This document shows, piece after piece, positions 52,603 through 55,702 of a stretch of 55,702 bases of DNA. The stretch comes from Desulfobacterales bacterium (GTDB lineage Bacteria > Desulfobacterota > Desulfobacteria > Desulfobacterales > C00003060), in contig JAUWXJ010000001.1 of assembly GCA_030616425.1 (NCBI GenBank), forward strand, positions 1 to 55,702, in the 5' to 3' direction. The translations under genes and the position numbers were made by a program. How positions within the stretch are numbered: the first letter of the stretch is position 1; every line of letters begins with the position of its first letter. The notes beneath the pieces were generated by a model. It ran no database searches and was not told the origin of the DNA. It saw only the letters and a list, made by a program, of their open reading frames with translations.

Positions 52603-55242
52603 CTAAAATGCCATCCCCATGGTGAACTCCCAACCGCCCTCACCTCTCCGAGCAGGATCAAGGATATAGCCATACTCCAGACGCATAGGCCCAATCGGGG
52701 AATACCATCGAAAACCGAAGCCAGCGCTCTCACTCAGCTCCGATGTTGTAATTTTAATCTCTTCTCCATTGTTATAGGCGTTACCTGCATCGTAGAAAAG
52801 GACCCCCATCAGGCCCGCTTTTCTTATGATCGGAAGTAAAATCTCTGCGTTGAACTGCACCATTTTATTGCCACCTATCTTATCACCGGTTGCAGGATCC
52901 TCAGGGCTGATATCCCGCCAGCCGTAACCCCGGACCGTGTCCATGCCGCCCAAATAGAAACGCTCCCAGACAGGCACAATCCCAATCACATCCCCGTGTA
53001 TGAACCCTGTGCGGCCGTGCGGGTGCCCAACTACACCCCAGAAAAGGGGAATATACCACCCGGAGTCCGCAACGTACTTTGTGAAACCGATATCCCCGCC
53101 CATTGGTGTTCCCGCGTGCTTGACCACGATGCTATTGTCCGAGCCCTCGGTGGGATTGAACATGCGGTCCCTTGAATCGCGGCGCAAAACACCAGTCAGC
53201 ATGTGGGCCAGATTTGTTCCCTCCATATCTCTGACCCAGGAAGAAGCATCGTCAGTAAGATTCCTAATTTCTGCCTGGTCATAGTTGTACGAAAAATATG
53301 CACGCGTGTAGTCAAAAACCGGGTAGCCAAACCGAACAGTACCCCCGAAACTGTCCTTGTCATATGTATCATAGTCCCGAGTCGTGTTGTACAGATCAAA
53401 GCCTGCTGACAAAGGAATATCAAAGAGCCAAGGCTCAGTAAAGCTCAGCTTATAGGAGGTGCTTCTTCTGCCCATTTGGGCCGTTAGATTCAGGACCTGG
53501 GCGCGTCCAAACAGGTTTCTCTGCGAAATCGAGACCATGGCAAACAGGCGGTCCATTGAGCTGTACCCAGCACCAAAGCTAAAAGCCCCTGTCGGTTTTT
53601 CAGTTACATCAATCTTGAGAACCATCCTGTCGTCAGCACTTCCCTTAGAGGTATTTACCCTAATATCTTCAAAAAAATCCAGGCGGTAGAGATCCCGTGT
53701 CCCACGCTTCAAGAGCTTGCCGCTGAACAGTTCCTGCTCATACACCTTCAACTCCCTGCGAATGACCTTGTCACGAGTCTTGGTATTGCCCGTTATAATG
53801 ATCTTTTCAAAATAGACTACCGGTCCTTTGTTGACCAAGTATGCGACGTTAGCCATAAGCTTCTTGGAATCCTGGTCAATGCGCGGTAAAATATCCGCAT
53901 AGGCATAACCTGCATCTGAGTAAATGTCTCGCAGAGTCAAAACATCTTCTCGTATAAGTTCACGGTTGTAAGTCTTGGCCCTAGAAATCTTCATCCTTTT
54001 CAGTAATTCGCCTTTTGGCTTAATCAAATCTCCCTCAATGTCCACTTTCCCAACCTTGAACTGGGGGCCTTCATCTATCTTGATGTTGATATAAACCCAC
54101 TTTCCTTCGTAAGTCAGCTTTGGCTCACCGACCTTTGCCTGAATGTAACCATGGTTATGATAGTACGCAGCTATTTTAGATACGTCCTGGTCCAAGACTT
54201 CGTCGTCCAAATCTCCTGAGGAAGTAAACCAGGAAAAAAAACCTTTCTCGTTTGTCTTCATCAAGTCCTTTAGTTTATCACTGTCATAAGCCTTATTCCC
54301 TTCAAAAGAGATGGCCTTGATCAATACCTTTTCACCCTCTTCGACGATAAAATCGACATCAACACGGTTCTCTGATAAAGACTTTGTCTCATAGGTGACC
54401 TTTGCATGATGATAACCCTTTTCTTTGTACAGCTTGTCAATCTGCTGAAGATCGCCTTGAACCCTGTTTATGTTCAAGATAGCACCTGGCTTAACAGTAA
54501 TAACATCTTTGATTTTTTCATCGTCGAATTTCTTGTTACCCTTGATTTTGATGTTACGAATGGTTTCATTTTCTGCAACTCGAAAAGTCACTACTTTGCC
54601 GTCTGGGGTACTGGAAGACTCCACGCGAACGTCAGCAAAATACCCCATTTTATAAATTGACTTCAGATCATCCTGGAGATGCTTTGCCAGGTAGATATCT
54701 CCCTTTTTTGTCGTAATGATTCTCTTAATCGCCTCAGATTCTATCCGTTTGTTCCCCGTTATGACAACCTCTGCCACCTTTTCCCGCTTGAATATCTTTA
54801 TCCCAAGGTTCCTAGCTATCCTTTGAACGGAATCGAGCAGGGTTTCAAGGCTTTCCCCTTCCACATAAACTGGCTCTGGAGGAACATCCCCGTATGATTC
54901 CATGACCTTTACGTCCAAACTGAAGCGTTTACCAATCTTGGTAAAACTCCCCCATATCACAAAATCAGCTCCTGCACGGCGACCCAATACCCTGAAACGG
55001 TTCAGACCCTCTTCCTCAACGATGGGCAGCTCTTCAAGTGTTTCGCCGGGCTCCACGACTATAACTCCTTGCTCTCCTAGTCGCTTTTCAACAAGATCCC
55101 GGATCTGTCCCCTTAAGTAGTCAAGCCTTTCGGGTGCATGCACCTCGAAAGGAAGCACAATGACTCGAATCTCCTCCTGTGCTACTGCGCTTGCTCCACA
55201 AAGCAACAGTACTAACACAAATAATAACAACCGCTTCAACAT
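52603..55242 (-). CDS. bamA: Outer membrane protein assembly factor BamA with an extra N-terminal domain
   Basis: POTRA repeats (VVITGNKRIE..., IKIKGNKKF..., ISFEGNKAY...) and an Omp85 barrel ending ...EFTMGMAF. ATG at 55242 preceded by GAGGTG; the ORF-track TTG is at 55257. Confidence 0.9.
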   Translation of the reverse strand: MLKRLLLFVLVLLLCGASAVAQEEIRVIVLPFEVHAPERLDYLRGQIRDLVEKRLGEQGVIVVEPGETLEELPIVEEEGLNRFRVLGRRAGADFVIWGSFTKIGKRFSLDVKVMESYGDVPPEPVYVEGESLETLLDSVQRIARNLGIKIFKREKVAEVVITGNKRIESEAIKRIITTKKGDIYLAKHLQDDLKSIYKMGYFADVRVESSSTPDGKVVTFRVAENETIRNIKIKGNKKFDDEKIKDVITVKPGAILNINRVQGDLQQIDKLYKEKGYHHAKVTYETKSLSENRVDVDFIVEEGEKVLIKAISFEGNKAYDSDKLKDLMKTNEKGFFSWFTSSGDLDDEVLDQDVSKIAAYYHNHGYIQAKVGEPKLTYEGKWVYINIKIDEGPQFKVGKVDIEGDLIKPKGELLKRMKISRAKTYNRELIREDVLTLRDIYSDAGYAYADILPRIDQDSKKLMANVAYLVNKGPVVYFEKIIITGNTKTRDKVIRRELKVYEQELFSGKLLKRGTRDLYRLDFFEDIRVNTSKGSADDRMVLKIDVTEKPTGAFSFGAGYSSMDRLFAMVSISQRNLFGRAQVLNLTAQMGRRSTSYKLSFTEPWLFDIPLSAGFDLYNTTRDYDTYDKDSFGGTVRFGYPVFDYTRAYFSYNYDQAEIRNLTDDASSWVRDMEGTNLAHMLTGVLRRDSRDRMFNPTEGSDNSIVVKHAGTPMGGDIGFTKYVADSGWYIPLFWGVVGHPHGRTGFIHGDVIGIVPVWERFYLGGMDTVRGYGWRDISPEDPATGDKIGGNKMVQFNAEILLPIIRKAGLMGVLFYDAGNAYNNGEEIKITTSELSESAGFGFRWYSPIGPMRLEYGYILDPARRGEGGWEFTMGMAF

Positions 55243-55249
55243 GCTCACC

Positions 55250-55702
55250 TCAATCAATTAGAAATGCTTTGCCGTCCACCAGTGTCACACTGCGAGATAA
55301 CTTCTCAGCTAACTTCATGTTATGAGTAACTATGACCGCTGTAACGCCATCATCACGGTTCAACGAGATCAGAAGATCACGTATCGACCCACCAGTCCTC
55401 TCATCCAGATTACCGGTCGGTTCATCCGCCAACAGGATCGAAGGTTTCAGTACCAGAGATCTGGCCACAGCCACTCTTTGCTGCTCCCCGCCTGATAGTT
55501 CTCCAACATGATGTCTGAGGCGATCCTTCAGGCCCACTCGAATTAGGATAGTCTCGGCCAGCTCACAAGCCTCTTGAGGACTCATACCCTTAATCAGGCC
55601 AGGCATCATGGTGTTTTCTAGGGCATTGAATTCTGGCAGAAGATGGTGAAATTGAAATACAAAACCGATAGTCTTATTACGAAAAGTGGCAAGTGTTTGC
55701 TC
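55250..55702 (-). CDS. lolD: Lipoprotein-releasing/ABC transporter ATP-binding protein (LolD-like), 5'-truncated by the window edge
   Basis: The frame is open to nt 55702 (…[28 protein letters not shown]…). ABC signature LSGGEQQR, Walker [13 protein letters not shown]. Confidence 0.75.
   Translation of the reverse strand, partial: EQTLATFRNKTIGFVFQFHHLLPEFNALENTMMPGLIKGMSPQEACELAETILIRVGLKDRLRHHVGELSGGEQQRVAVARSLVLKPSILLADEPTGNLDERTGGSIRDLLISLNRDDGVTAVIVTHNMKLAEKLSRSVTLVDGKAFLID

Overview
This 55.7-kb window comes from a Gram-negative bacterium. Gene content (LpxI instead of LpxH, DUF4416, a yicC-remA-gmk block) suggests a Desulfobacterota/deltaproteobacterium-like genome, but that is inference only. 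Apart from a 5'-truncated SHMT-like gene at the left edge and a 2.2-kb plus-strand insert, about 46 consecutive genes lie on the minus strand and form an outer-membrane/LPS supercluster. Its order is lolD-bamA-skp-lpxD-fabZ-lpxA-lpxI-(Gfo/Idh/MocA)-lpxB-DUF374-msbA-lptF-lptG-waaA-lpxK | accessory island | lpxL-waaF-waaC. A ~21-kb core-oligosaccharide region follows: six GT4, three further GT9, one GT2, a NodB deacetylase, an SDR epimerase, two AsnB-like amidotransferases, a SAM methyltransferase, a NodU/CmcH carbamoyltransferase and Ugd. Housekeeping genes come last (DUF4416, yicC, remA, gmk, rlmB, mnmG, icd, comF). Four observations stand out. (i) Three otherwise intact genes (icd, the methyltransferase, one GT4) each carry a single in-frame stop codon with conserved in-frame sequence on both sides and no frameshift. 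(ii) A 3.7-kb accessory island between lpxL and lpxK holds an MntA/HepT (MNT-HEPN) pair, a B12-binding radical SAM enzyme and a truncated PAS protein. The plus-strand part is bracketed by ~140-bp direct repeats that each carry a near-consensus sigma70 promoter. (iii) Most intergenic gaps longer than 100 nt that I examined hold long nested palindromes. Several fall into repeat families with conserved cores and compensatory stem changes. (iv) A 9-bp x7 tandem repeat sits at the 5' end of lpxI. I saw no rRNA, tRNA, CRISPR array, transposase or integrase.
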